Below, one piece after another: positions 1-9,119 of a stretch of 64,000 nucleotides of DNA. A program made the position numbers and the translations under genes. Under the pieces are notes generated by a model, which searched no databases, was not told the origin of the DNA, and saw only the letters and a program-made list of their open reading frames with translations. Each line of letters starts with the position of its first letter. Position 1 is the first letter of the stretch. This stretch comes from Deferribacterales bacterium (GTDB taxonomy: Bacteria > Chrysiogenota > Deferribacteres > Deferribacterales > Geovibrionaceae): assembly GCA_050253075.1 (NCBI GenBank), contig JBFWJS010000007.1:64001-128000 (forward strand), given 5' to 3'.

Positions 1-61
1 CTCGTGGAAGAGGTCGCCTCTAATATGCAGCTATAGGCTGTACGTCTCGGGCGGTGCCTAT

Positions 62-793
62 CTATTTGAATTCGGTCATATATTTACGGTATCGCCCGGG
101 GACATGCTGCTGCTGCAGTTTCAGATTTTCCCTCTCTTTGATGGATATGCTTTTAAAGAAAACCTTCCACAGCTTCCGGTATTCCTCCTCCGTTCCGCTC
201 TGCACCTTTTCCCCCGTGAGTTCCGCACCTTCGGATATCTGTAATTTCCCAGCCGAGTGGCTCAGCAGTTTTTTTCTTCTGGTGTCATAGATCATCCAGT
301 CATCTTCCTTCGGCATCCTTGCGCTGAAGTGCTTCCCCAGCATATGCAGTATGTCCGCATCGGGGGATATCTCTGAGAAGTACACGCCTTCGTTCAGCTC
401 CTCAAACCTCACGAATTCGAGCATCCTGTGCCGCTCGTTCACAGTCTTTCGGGCATATTTCAAGACAGCCGATACATGTGGTTTATCCACCTGTTCCAGT
501 ATTTTTTTATTCCTGTAATAGTCTGCCATGCAGTTCGCAAGGTGGACAAGGTGTTCGTTTGTGTCGTCATACAGCCATGCCAGAGCGAATGTGCTGAGGG
601 TTTTGCCTATGTATCTCTTTGCTTTTTCCGCCAGTTCGCCTTCGGTGGCTATGTGTATGACATCTTCGAAAAGCACAGGCTGATAATCCGTATCTTCTAT
701 GAAAACCCTGTCTGCGTCCTCTCTGCTTTTGAATATGTTCACCGACATGCAGACTAGTCCCTCGAATGATCCGTCGAATATGTATGTTCTCAT
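62..793 (-). CDS. Putative DNA repair protein, TIGR03915/DUF4130 family
   Basis: N-terminal YIFDGSFEGL, HRMLEFVRF, HFSARM..W.IYD.RR and C-terminal LWKVFFKSISIKERENLKLQQQHVP.RY are typical of the family; overlaps the upstream radical SAM gene by 4 bp. Confidence 0.9.
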   Translation of the reverse strand: MRTYIFDGSFEGLVCMSVNIFKSREDADRVFIEDTDYQPVLFEDVIHIATEGELAEKAKRYIGKTLSTFALAWLYDDTNEHLVHLANCMADYYRNKKILEQVDKPHVSAVLKYARKTVNERHRMLEFVRFEELNEGVYFSEISPDADILHMLGKHFSARMPKEDDWMIYDTRRKKLLSHSAGKLQISEGAELTGEKVQSGTEEEYRKLWKVFFKSISIKERENLKLQQQHVPGRYRKYMTEFK

Positions 794-2028
794 ACCTCAC
801 CTATGACGGTGGACAACAGCTCAGGGATAGTGACGGCGGGGCGCATATGCTTATCTGTTATTTCGGCTTTCAGAGCTGTTTCGATATCTTCCCGCTGATA
901 GGGGATGTTGTCCATGGCGCTGCCGTATCTGAATTTAAGGAAATATCTGGCACGCTTGAGTGATATGTTCATCTTTTTCAGATGTTCGAGGCGCAGATAA
1001 GTATGTTTCCTCGCCATAAGTATCTTTAGTACGCCCTTTTGCCCGATGCCGGGGATGCGCATAAGGAGCTCTTTATCAGCGTAGTTCACATCCACGGGGA
1101 ATGTATCGAGGCTGTCCAGAGCCCAGACCGTCTTCGGGTCGAGGTGCAGGTCAAGGTGTTCTCTGTTTTTAAATATCTCAGACTGGGTGAATCCGTAAAA
1201 GCGAATCAGCCAGTCCGCCTGATAGAGTCTGTGTTCCCTCACCAGAGGCGGTTTTGTCACAGCGGGCAGATTTTTTTCATTATTCACGGGGATGTATGCA
1301 CTGTAGTAGAATCTGTTCAGGTATTTATTTCCGTAGAGCGACTCTGCCAGCTTTATTATCTGCGAGTCGGTCTCGGGGGATGCGCCGACTATTATCTGAC
1401 TGCTCATCATAGGTCTGGCGTTTTCATTCTTTTCCAATGTGAATGTCTTCACCTCTTTGAATGAGGTAATGATGTCTTCCTTCTTTTTCTCAGGAGCTAG
1501 TTTACGCAGGCTTTCAGAGGAGGGGAGCTCGATATTGCTGCTGACCCTGTCGGCGAGGGCTGTAATCTCCCTGATCAGCTTTTCCGATGAACCTGCGATG
1601 AGCTTTACGTGGATGTATCCGTGATACCCGTGCTCGTACCGCAGTATCTTCAGAGTGCGGATGAGCAGCTCCATGGTGTAGTCGGCATTTCTTATTATCC
1701 CCGAACTGAGGAAGAGACCTTCTATATAGTTCCTTTTATAAAAATTAACGACAAGCCCCGCCAGCTCTTCGGGGGTGAAGGATGCTCTGGGGATGTCGTT
1801 CGTTACACGGTTTCTGCAATAGGCGCAGTCGTATATGCATGCGTTGGTGAACAGCACTTTCAAAAGCGAGATACACCGTCCGTCGGCAGACCATGTGTGG
1901 CACACTCCGCTCAGCACGGATTTGCCGAAACCGTTCCCTTTCGCAGTGCGGGATGATCCGCTGCTGCTGCAGGACACGTCATACTTTGCGGCATCTGCCA
2001 GTATCTCCAGCTTTTTAAAAATATCCAT
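790..2028 (-). CDS. Putative DNA modification/repair radical SAM protein (TIGR03916 family) with helix-hairpin-helix motif
   Basis: KLEILADAAKYDVSCSSSG, CH.W.ADGRCISLLK, CxxxCxxC (CIYDCAYC), REHRLYQADWL, HhH LMRIPGIG. Confidence 0.95.
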   Translation of the reverse strand: MDIFKKLEILADAAKYDVSCSSSGSSRTAKGNGFGKSVLSGVCHTWSADGRCISLLKVLFTNACIYDCAYCRNRVTNDIPRASFTPEELAGLVVNFYKRNYIEGLFLSSGIIRNADYTMELLIRTLKILRYEHGYHGYIHVKLIAGSSEKLIREITALADRVSSNIELPSSESLRKLAPEKKKEDIITSFKEVKTFTLEKNENARPMMSSQIIVGASPETDSQIIKLAESLYGNKYLNRFYYSAYIPVNNEKNLPAVTKPPLVREHRLYQADWLIRFYGFTQSEIFKNREHLDLHLDPKTVWALDSLDTFPVDVNYADKELLMRIPGIGQKGVLKILMARKHTYLRLEHLKKMNISLKRARYFLKFRYGSAMDNIPYQREDIETALKAEITDKHMRPAVTIPELLSTVIGEV

Positions 2029-2042
2029 ACTACACCAAACAG

Positions 2043-2058
2043 GCGAACAAGAGTTTGC
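2043..2058. promoter_or_regulatory. Putative LexA operator (GAAC-N4-GTTY, Cheo-type SOS box)
   Basis: GCGAAC-AAGA-GTTTGC near-palindrome between the -10 box and the ATG of the radical SAM repair gene. Confidence 0.6.
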
Positions 2059-2066
2059 TTTTTCTA

Positions 2067-2095
2067 AATATAATTGATTCCAATGTGATAGTCAA
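2067..2095 (-). promoter_or_regulatory. Sigma70-type promoter of the radical SAM/DUF4130 operon
   Basis: TTGACT-17 bp-TATATT on the minus strand. Confidence 0.7.
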
Positions 2096-2195
2096 ATCTT
2101 ATTAGGAGATTGATAATTCGGAATGTATTGATTTGTTATTTTATTAACGAAACTTTTATAGTAGGATAAATGATAAACATACAAAGGTATTAAGC

Positions 2196-3413
2196 GTGAA
2201 TACACTCATAGTCGGCTCAAACTATCTGGCTCTTAATTTTTACAGCAGTTTCTTCGAAATGATGGGGCTCGAAAACGAACACTACACATCCATTCAGGTG
2301 GGGCTGAAACGCCTTACGCTGAATCCTGATATAGTCAACGTTGTCATACTGATAGACAACAAAGACGACTTCGCAAACTATACAAGACAGCAGCATGCGC
2401 TCGACACAAAGCAGTATCACATAATCTTCATATGCAAAAGCGAAGAGCTGATGAGCATGGTGGCGGGCAGGGGTGTGCTGGTCTTCAACCATAAAGAAGT
2501 GATAGAATACCTCGCAAAGCCTCTGGTAAAGCATGAGATATGCGCTGCGAGCATTCTGGGCGGAGCGAAAAAGATAAGACCCGAAGAGACGCTGAAACAC
2601 ATCCAGAACATGCTTATCAAAAACAAGATAACACTGCCGATAAAGAACGAGTGCGCCATGCGTATGATGTCTATTCTGGAGGACGACAATGTCTCCTTCA
2701 AGACTATAGACCAGATATCAAAATCCGACCCTGTGCTTCACTCGGGTATTATAAAGATGGCAAACTCTGTCTATTTCAGCGGAGCTTTCAGCAATGTCAC
2801 TGACCTTGAAAAGGCTCTGGTGCGTGTGGGCACCGCAAATGTTAAGACATACCTTATCAACTATGTGAACAAGTCGCTCGCTTCAAACAAAGACCTCATC
2901 TTTACCGAAGAGATCAATGAGTGTGTGGACAGCTCTCTTATGACGGCGTCCCTTTGCTTTGCCATGGCGGAGACGTTCAAGGTATCATCACCGGTGACAA
3001 TGTTTTCCATCGGGCTGATGAGCAGCATGGGAGAGATCTTCATGTATGCTGCTCTGTCGGATTATTTCGCCGCATCTGAATTTGACCGTTCCACAATGGG
3101 CGACTACATACTGCTGACAAAGAATGCGGGGCTTATGATAGGGTCAAAACTGCTTCAGAAATGGAAGATGGCTGACGACTATGTTATGCCTATCGCAAGC
3201 ACAAAGAGCCTGTCAGCCAATAAATTTATGAAAGAGACGAGGATACTGCACCTCGCTCTGAATATGCACGAATACGTCAAAACAAAGCAGATAGACGCAA
3301 ACCTTGAGAGCGCCATGAGCAACACTCAGGTACAGATAAGTCTGCCCGCTCTGGAAAAGATAGATCAGGATGCCGCAAAGCACCTCAGCATTATCAAGTC
3401 TGTGCTGAGCTAG
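2196..3413 (+). CDS. HDOD domain-containing signal transduction protein
   Basis: TLP...DPVLHSGIIKMANSVYF...LEKALVRVG and LLQKWKM match HDOD; N-terminal region unassigned. Confidence 0.8.
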   Translation: MNTLIVGSNYLALNFYSSFFEMMGLENEHYTSIQVGLKRLTLNPDIVNVVILIDNKDDFANYTRQQHALDTKQYHIIFICKSEELMSMVAGRGVLVFNHKEVIEYLAKPLVKHEICAASILGGAKKIRPEETLKHIQNMLIKNKITLPIKNECAMRMMSILEDDNVSFKTIDQISKSDPVLHSGIIKMANSVYFSGAFSNVTDLEKALVRVGTANVKTYLINYVNKSLASNKDLIFTEEINECVDSSLMTASLCFAMAETFKVSSPVTMFSIGLMSSMGEIFMYAALSDYFAASEFDRSTMGDYILLTKNAGLMIGSKLLQKWKMADDYVMPIASTKSLSANKFMKETRILHLALNMHEYVKTKQIDANLESAMSNTQVQISLPALEKIDQDAAKHLSIIKSVLS

Positions 3414-3613
3414 CCCTTTCTTATCTCTGTGACAGTCTTTCCGCCTATGCCGTAGCTGTCGGTATCGACTTCGTTTATGGTTATCACCATAGTTTTTTCC
3501 CCTCTGCCGAATGTATCGACAAATACCTTTGTGAAGCCTTCGATGAGAGCCTTTTTCTGTTCGGGTGTTGCGCCCCCGTCCTCTTTTGTCATTATCAGGT
3601 TAAGTAACGGCAT
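3410..3613 (-). CDS. 4-oxalocrotonate tautomerase family protein
   Basis: Catalytic Pro1 (MP), TPEQKKALI, EVDTDSYGIGG, 67 aa. Confidence 0.9.
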   Translation of the reverse strand: MPLLNLIMTKEDGGATPEQKKALIEGFTKVFVDTFGRGEKTMVITINEVDTDSYGIGGKTVTEIRKG

Positions 3614-4742
3614 GGTGTTCTCCTTTTTTTATTATGAATGTTATCAGCCCGCCGAGAGCCGCCGCAGATGCCGCCATCAAAACAGGCAGGTCGAACCCCC
3701 CTGTGCTGTAGGCTATATATCCGGCGATCAGCGGACCTATCATCTGTCCTATGCTGAAGAAAACTGTCAATACTGATGTAGTTGTTCCGCCGGGGCTTAT
3801 CTGTCTGCCGTATGCCAGCGTTAACGATACTATCCCGAGGAATGTACCTCCGAAACCGACAGCGCCGAGCATTGTCGGCGTCAGCCCGCTGAATACCACA
3901 GGCAGTGCTATGGATACCGCCTGCATGGCAAAGGCGTATATCATGGCGTTTGCCACCCCTGTACGTTTCGCCAGCATAGCCCATAGCGGTGTTATAAGGA
4001 CTGCTCCCAGCCCTGCTATTACCCAGACATACCCTGAAAGCATAACGGAGCCTGTGCCCCTCAGCACTATCACAGACATAAATGTACCGGTGATAATGTA
4101 GCCCGCACCTTCCAGAAGATATGCTGCTGAGAGCAGATATATTAATCTATTTACGTTTTTAGACGTTTTCGGCACGTCTCTGCCTGCCGTATGGGGCTTC
4201 GGCGTGAGAAAGACTGCAAAGAAGGCGGGAAGCAGGCTAAGACCTGCGAGCCACAGCCAGATCTCTGATGAATTAAAGTATTTTGAAAGGATGGGAACAG
4301 TGAGACCCGAAAGGACCATCCCCCCGCCGATTCCGCTGTATATCATACCGCCGAGCTGAGGCCTCTGCAGCCTAGCCAGATAGTCCATGATGAACTCTGC
4401 ACTCATTACAAATACAACTGCGGATAAAAATCCCGATATAAACCGCACAGTATACCAGAGAGGATATGAGTGAATATACATAACCCCCACCAGCAAGAGG
4501 CTGAGCGGTATTGATGCTATGAAAAACGGATAGGCACGCTTTGTCACCGACAGATATCTGGCATAAAATGCACCGAGCAGATATCCCAGATAGTTCACTG
4601 ATGCCAGAGCACCCGAGACAGTGTCCGAAAAGTGAAAGTCCCCCTGCATAAGCGGGAGTATAGGGGTGAATGCGAACCTCGCAACGCCCATAGCCAGAAA
4701 GAGTGCCGATGCACCGCCGAGCAGTGCCAGTAATATTTTCAT
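3600..4742 (-). CDS. YbfB/YjiJ-family MFS transporter
   Basis: AMGVARFAFTPILPLM, ASVNYLGYLLGA, EGAGYII; about 12 hydrophobic segments. Confidence 0.9.
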   Translation of the reverse strand: MKILLALLGGASALFLAMGVARFAFTPILPLMQGDFHFSDTVSGALASVNYLGYLLGAFYARYLSVTKRAYPFFIASIPLSLLLVGVMYIHSYPLWYTVRFISGFLSAVVFVMSAEFIMDYLARLQRPQLGGMIYSGIGGGMVLSGLTVPILSKYFNSSEIWLWLAGLSLLPAFFAVFLTPKPHTAGRDVPKTSKNVNRLIYLLSAAYLLEGAGYIITGTFMSVIVLRGTGSVMLSGYVWVIAGLGAVLITPLWAMLAKRTGVANAMIYAFAMQAVSIALPVVFSGLTPTMLGAVGFGGTFLGIVSLTLAYGRQISPGGTTTSVLTVFFSIGQMIGPLIAGYIAYSTGGFDLPVLMAASAAALGGLITFIIKKGEHHAVT

Positions 4743-4801
4743 ATTGATATTATATGCGGTTAATATATTATTACAAATGAAAATAAATGAACTAAAACAT
4801 C

Positions 4802-5662
4802 ATGGATAGTGATATGGACTCATCATTGTTAAAGGTATTTGTTGCTGTGGAGGCCGAAGGGAGCTTTTCAGGAGCCGCCAAGAGGCTTCATTATGTCCAG
4901 TCGAACATCACGGCACGCATCAAACAGCTCGAAGACAGCATAGGCAGACAGCTCTTTCACCGAAAGCCCAGAGGGGTTGCGCTCACCGTTGCGGGGGAAG
5001 TTTTGCTCCCCCATGCGAAGGAGATAGTAAAGAGGATGGAGGATGCGGAGCTCGCCATGAAGAACCTCGGTGATGTGGCAGGCAGGATACGCATAGGGTC
5101 GATAGAATCCAATGTCGCCGTGCGCCTGACGCCTCTGCTGGTGGATCTGCATCAGAAATATCCTAAGGTGGATTTTCAGCTGTATACAGGGACGACACAG
5201 CAGGTGCTGGAAGAGCTTCTGGACTATCAGCTCGACATCGCCTTTGTCAGCGGTGTGCCTTCGCATCCTGATATAGAGGTGCTGAAGGTCATCCCTGAGA
5301 AGATGGTTCTGGTAGAGCCCGCCGACGGCATTGTCCCCGATGTGGTGATAACTTTTAAAAGAGGATGCACTTACAAAGCCTTCCTCGATGACATCATGCT
5401 CGAAAGGGGCGTGGCGGAATACCGTGTGATGGAGTTCGGCAGTCTGGACACTATCCTCGGCTGTGTGGCAGCGGGGATGGGGCGGACACTGCTCCCTATG
5501 AAGGTGGTGGAGCAGGTGGCAGACATGAGCGCCGTGCGTGTGGTGAGCCTGACCAAAGAGCAGGAGAATATCCCGACATGCCTCATATGCCGAAAGGATG
5601 CCAGACCTGCATTTGAGATAAATATGTTCGACATGGCGGAAGAAACCGCATTGACTAAATAA
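4802..5662 (+). CDS. LysR family transcriptional regulator
   Basis: HTH GSFSGAAKRLHYVQSNITARIKQLE; divergent from the MFS gene; true start may be the second Met (4814). Confidence 0.95.
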   Translation: MDSDMDSSLLKVFVAVEAEGSFSGAAKRLHYVQSNITARIKQLEDSIGRQLFHRKPRGVALTVAGEVLLPHAKEIVKRMEDAELAMKNLGDVAGRIRIGSIESNVAVRLTPLLVDLHQKYPKVDFQLYTGTTQQVLEELLDYQLDIAFVSGVPSHPDIEVLKVIPEKMVLVEPADGIVPDVVITFKRGCTYKAFLDDIMLERGVAEYRVMEFGSLDTILGCVAAGMGRTLLPMKVVEQVADMSAVRVVSLTKEQENIPTCLICRKDARPAFEINMFDMAEETALTK

Positions 5663-5679
5663 ATATACGCCTGTATTTT
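5651..5679 (+). promoter_or_regulatory. Putative promoter for the rsgA leader
   Basis: TTGACT-17 bp-TATTTT. Confidence 0.5.
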
Positions 5680-5702
5680 TATAAAAAACACATGGAGTTT
5701 TT

Positions 5703-5747
5703 TTGAAACTTACATCTCTTAAAAAAGCCTTTGTCTCCGTCCCGTAG
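5703..5747 (+). CDS. Putative 14-aa leader peptide (MKLTSLKKAFVSVP) upstream of rsgA
   Basis: GGAG 5 nt before a TTG start; the stop codon lies within the 5' arm of a hairpin (5741-5769). Confidence 0.4.
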   Translation: MKLTSLKKAFVSVP

Positions 5748-5811
5748 GCACTCATAAGTGTCTTGCGGGCTTAATATCACTTGAATAAGTAATATTAGGA
5801 GGCGTTCAATA

Positions 5812-6813
5812 ATGGATCTATCAATCGGACGCATTATATTTGCGTCCAGAAACAGCTACACAGTTTTAACAAAAGAAAATAAAGAATACTTCTCTGTCAT
5901 AACAGGCTCTTTTATGCGTGAGAGCGACACTATGCCCGCTGTTGGGGACTATGTCGTTTTCTCTCCCAATAATGACGGCGACAGTAAGATAGTCGAGATT
6001 CTCCCCAGAGACAGTGTCCTCAGCCGTAAAAAGACGGGGAAGGAATTCAAAGAACACGTATTGGCGGCAAATGCCGACTATCTCTTTATAATCAATGCGA
6101 TGGACAGCACATTCAGCAAAAGACGCATAGAGCGTTTTCTCGTTTTGGCTGGAGCAGGCGGTGTTCAGCCTGTGATCATACTGTCAAAGGCCGATGCATG
6201 CAGTCCTGTGGATATGGCTGTCTACCTCATCGAGGCAGAAGAGGTCGCAGGCGGTGCAGAGGTCATAGAGGTCAGCTCTGTGACGGGTATGGGGATACCA
6301 CGACTGGAGGAGCTTCTTCAGGAGAATAAGACGGCAGTGGTCGCAGGGCTCTCAGGAGCGGGGAAATCTACCCTTGTGAACCGTCTGGCGGGTTATGACG
6401 TCCGTAAGACTGCGCAGGTGCGTGCGTTTGACGATAAGGGCAGACACTGCACCACAGACAGGCATATGTTCCGCACATTGTCGGGGGCGATGATCATCGA
6501 CACCCCCGGGATACGTGAGGTAGGCATGTCCGGCGATGTGGAGGCTGTGGAAGATGTTTTTACAGAGATAGCAGACTATGCCGAAGGGTGCTTCTTTGCT
6601 GATTGTACCCACACCCACGAGCCATCCTGTGCCGTGCGAAAGGCTGTGGAAGAGGGCGGAATAAAGCCAGAGAGATATGAAAGCTATCTGAAACTGCGTG
6701 CAGAGAGCGAAAATTACCGCATGAGGACAGAAGCCCCCGAAGAGGTAAAACGGGCGGGAAAACGCCTGAGCAAACTCGTCCGCTCTGTAAATAAGCAGAA
6801 AAAGCGGTTTTAA
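5812..6813 (+). CDS. rsgA: Ribosome small subunit-dependent GTPase A
   Basis: Circularly permuted GTPase: SKAD (G4), GLSGAGKS (G1), GRHCTT, DTPG (G3), Zn motif C.F.DC.H..EP.C; AGGAGG RBS. Confidence 0.95.
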   Translation: MDLSIGRIIFASRNSYTVLTKENKEYFSVITGSFMRESDTMPAVGDYVVFSPNNDGDSKIVEILPRDSVLSRKKTGKEFKEHVLAANADYLFIINAMDSTFSKRRIERFLVLAGAGGVQPVIILSKADACSPVDMAVYLIEAEEVAGGAEVIEVSSVTGMGIPRLEELLQENKTAVVAGLSGAGKSTLVNRLAGYDVRKTAQVRAFDDKGRHCTTDRHMFRTLSGAMIIDTPGIREVGMSGDVEAVEDVFTEIADYAEGCFFADCTHTHEPSCAVRKAVEEGGIKPERYESYLKLRAESENYRMRTEAPEEVKRAGKRLSKLVRSVNKQKKRF

Positions 6814-6935
6814 TAAATTTATGAATTGAATTTAATCGGACTGTAACTATCCTATATAAGTAGGCCGCACATTTAGTATGATAATTTGTTTGCAAATTAA
6901 GCTAAGGTGTGGCTTATTTATATCAGGAGTTCATA

Positions 6936-7583
6936 ATGGTTATAAAAGACCCCGTAAGCGGATTTTCACATTTAGCAGGTGCGCTGCTCTCTGTAGCGGC
7001 TCTTGTCACTCTGCTCATAATGTCTACATATCATGCCACAGTGTGGCATATCGTTTCTTTCAGTATCTATGGCGGCAGTATGATACTGCTCTATCTCGCC
7101 AGTGCAGCTTATCATATTTTTCCTCTGAAGGAGAAGGGCACACGCCTTTTGAAAAAGCTGGATCATATGATGATATTTCTCATGATAGCTGGTACTTATA
7201 CGCCTTTCTGTCTGGTGCCTCTAAGGGGGGGATGGGGATGGAGCATATTCGGCGTTGTCTGGAGCATTGCTGTTCTCGGTGTTTTCTTTAAGCTGTTTTT
7301 CATATATGCGCCGAGATGGCTCTCAACAGTGCTTTACATCATCATGGGCTGGATAAGCGTCATTGCTATTTATCCGATAGTGGTGAATATACCTGCTGGC
7401 GGTGTTATATGGCTGGCTGCGGGCGGTGTATCATACACAGTGGGTGCCGTGGTATACGCTACTAAGAAGCCTGACCCCTGGCCGGGAGTTTTTGGTTTTC
7501 ATGAGATATGGCACTTCTTTGTCCTGGCGGGCAGTTTCTGTCACTTTATGGTGATGCTGAGGTACCTCGTCTGGATAGACTAG
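6936..7583 (+). CDS. Hemolysin III / PAQR family membrane protein (TrhA-like)
   Basis: SH..GA, S..YH, KKLDHMMIFLMIAGTYTPF, FHEIWHFFV; start moved to the ATG after AGGAG. Confidence 0.92.
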   Translation: MVIKDPVSGFSHLAGALLSVAALVTLLIMSTYHATVWHIVSFSIYGGSMILLYLASAAYHIFPLKEKGTRLLKKLDHMMIFLMIAGTYTPFCLVPLRGGWGWSIFGVVWSIAVLGVFFKLFFIYAPRWLSTVLYIIMGWISVIAIYPIVVNIPAGGVIWLAAGGVSYTVGAVVYATKKPDPWPGVFGFHEIWHFFVLAGSFCHFMVMLRYLVWID

Positions 7584-7870
7584 AGTGACGGCACCAGCAC
7601 GGCCTTGCTTTTCATAGAGTCAAGCCTGAGCTGGACTATCGCTTTATATTCTGCACTTTGAAAGCACTTATCAACCGCATCACTGTCGGGGAATTCTATG
7701 ATGACCATCCTGTTTGGTCTCCATGCGTCGCTGAATGCCGTAATGCTGTCTGATGAAGCGAGGTATTTTGCGCCGTAAGATTCCAGTATAGGTTTTGCTT
7801 TGGTGACATATTCCTTAGCTTTCACCTCGTCTGTTACCTCTATGCTTTCTATTACCATATAAACAGGCAT
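7580..7870 (-). CDS. DUF1330 domain protein
   Basis: YGAKYL...RMVIIEFPD...F.S.EY...R pattern, 96 aa. Confidence 0.85.
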   Translation of the reverse strand: MPVYMVIESIEVTDEVKAKEYVTKAKPILESYGAKYLASSDSITAFSDAWRPNRMVIIEFPDSDAVDKCFQSAEYKAIVQLRLDSMKSKAVLVPSL

Positions 7871-8005
7871 CGCTGACTCCTTTTTCTTTATACCTCTTTG
7901 TTTTAAGCCGTTATGCGGGATTGTGATTTAATGTTAATTTTACCATTATAAATGAGCAAAAGATTTTAAAATAGTATATTATTACTATTATTATTTTGGT
8001 GATTT

Positions 8006-9112
8006 ATGAAGAAATATATTTTAATGCTTATCTTAAGTCTGATAGTTCTTTTGGGGTGTGAGAGCAGGAGGGAGATTCCTACCGTAAGGCTTGGGCATGC
8101 TCCGCATGATCATCATGCGCCGCTTTATATCGCCGCTGTTAAGGAAGAATATTTCCGTGAGACAGGCAAGCCGTACCTGAAAAAGGTCAGTTATAAAAAC
8201 AGCTATAAGCTGATGATCGATGAAAAGGTGCTGGCAAATGTCGAGATAGACTCAGGCACGGGGGGCATTCAGCTCATCCGTAAACTGGACGAGAAGATAC
8301 TCGATGTTTCCTTTGGCGGTGTGCCTGCCATGATCAGCATGATAGATAAAGGGAGCAAGATAAAGATCATCGCTCCTGTTATGAGTGAGGGTGCTTCACT
8401 CGTGGTTGCAAAGGATATGCCCGTATCCGACTGGGCAGGCTTTGTAAAATATGTGAAAGAACAGAAAGAGCCTGTGAAAATAGGCTATAAAGTAGATGTC
8501 TCAGTTCAGAACCTCATCTTTGAAACAGCATTATCAGCCGAGAAGCTGTCATTCAGTAAAAATATAGCCAGTGAGGATGTGGATGTTATCGTTATAAACC
8601 TCCACGGTCCGAACAATCTGCTCCCTTCGCTCACTGCGGGTGTCATAGACGGCTATGTGGTCATGCAGCCTTACCCTGCCATCGCAGAGGAGACAGGCGA
8701 GGCAAAGGTGATATCCCAGCTTAGCAATCTGCCCCCTGACGGGCAGTGGAAGGGACACCCATGCTGTGCCCTTGCCGCAGGTACAGAGTTTATCGAAGAC
8801 CATGGTGATATCGTGCAGGCCTTTGTTGACCTTTTCGAAAGAGCAGGCAAATTTATCATCAGTAATCCGGACGAAAGCGCAAAGATCACAGCCGAATGGC
8901 TGCTCACATCCGAATCGGTTGAGAGAAGGTCTCTGCCTACTATAAAATTCCTCAGCCATTACACAGACGAGTGGAACAGGGGCGTAGACCTCTGGGTGAA
9001 GTCGCTCAATGCGAGAGGCGGCCTCACGGGTGAAGTTAAAAAAGGTGTCGAAACCAGTACTGTCGGAGACGTGCTCTACGACAACAGGTTTTATAATAAA
9101 CTGGAAGAGTGA
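8006..9112 (+). CDS. NrtA/SsuA/NMT1-like solute-binding lipoprotein (no permease or ATPase adjacent)
   Basis: Lipobox LLGC; HDHH, DG.V..QPY and GHPCC motifs. Confidence 0.8.
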   Translation: MKKYILMLILSLIVLLGCESRREIPTVRLGHAPHDHHAPLYIAAVKEEYFRETGKPYLKKVSYKNSYKLMIDEKVLANVEIDSGTGGIQLIRKLDEKILDVSFGGVPAMISMIDKGSKIKIIAPVMSEGASLVVAKDMPVSDWAGFVKYVKEQKEPVKIGYKVDVSVQNLIFETALSAEKLSFSKNIASEDVDVIVINLHGPNNLLPSLTAGVIDGYVVMQPYPAIAEETGEAKVISQLSNLPPDGQWKGHPCCALAAGTEFIEDHGDIVQAFVDLFERAGKFIISNPDESAKITAEWLLTSESVERRSLPTIKFLSHYTDEWNRGVDLWVKSLNARGGLTGEVKKGVETSTVGDVLYDNRFYNKLEE

Positions 9113-9119
9113 GACGTAA

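Noticed and set aside
1..61. Possible 3' end of a plus-strand gene (LVEEVASNMQL*, 1-36) and a weak hairpin
   Set aside because: Too short to support a call
6936..7583. Hemolysin virulence factors (also 44273-45577)
   Set aside because: Family names are historical; these are PAQR and CNNM membrane or ion homeostasis proteins
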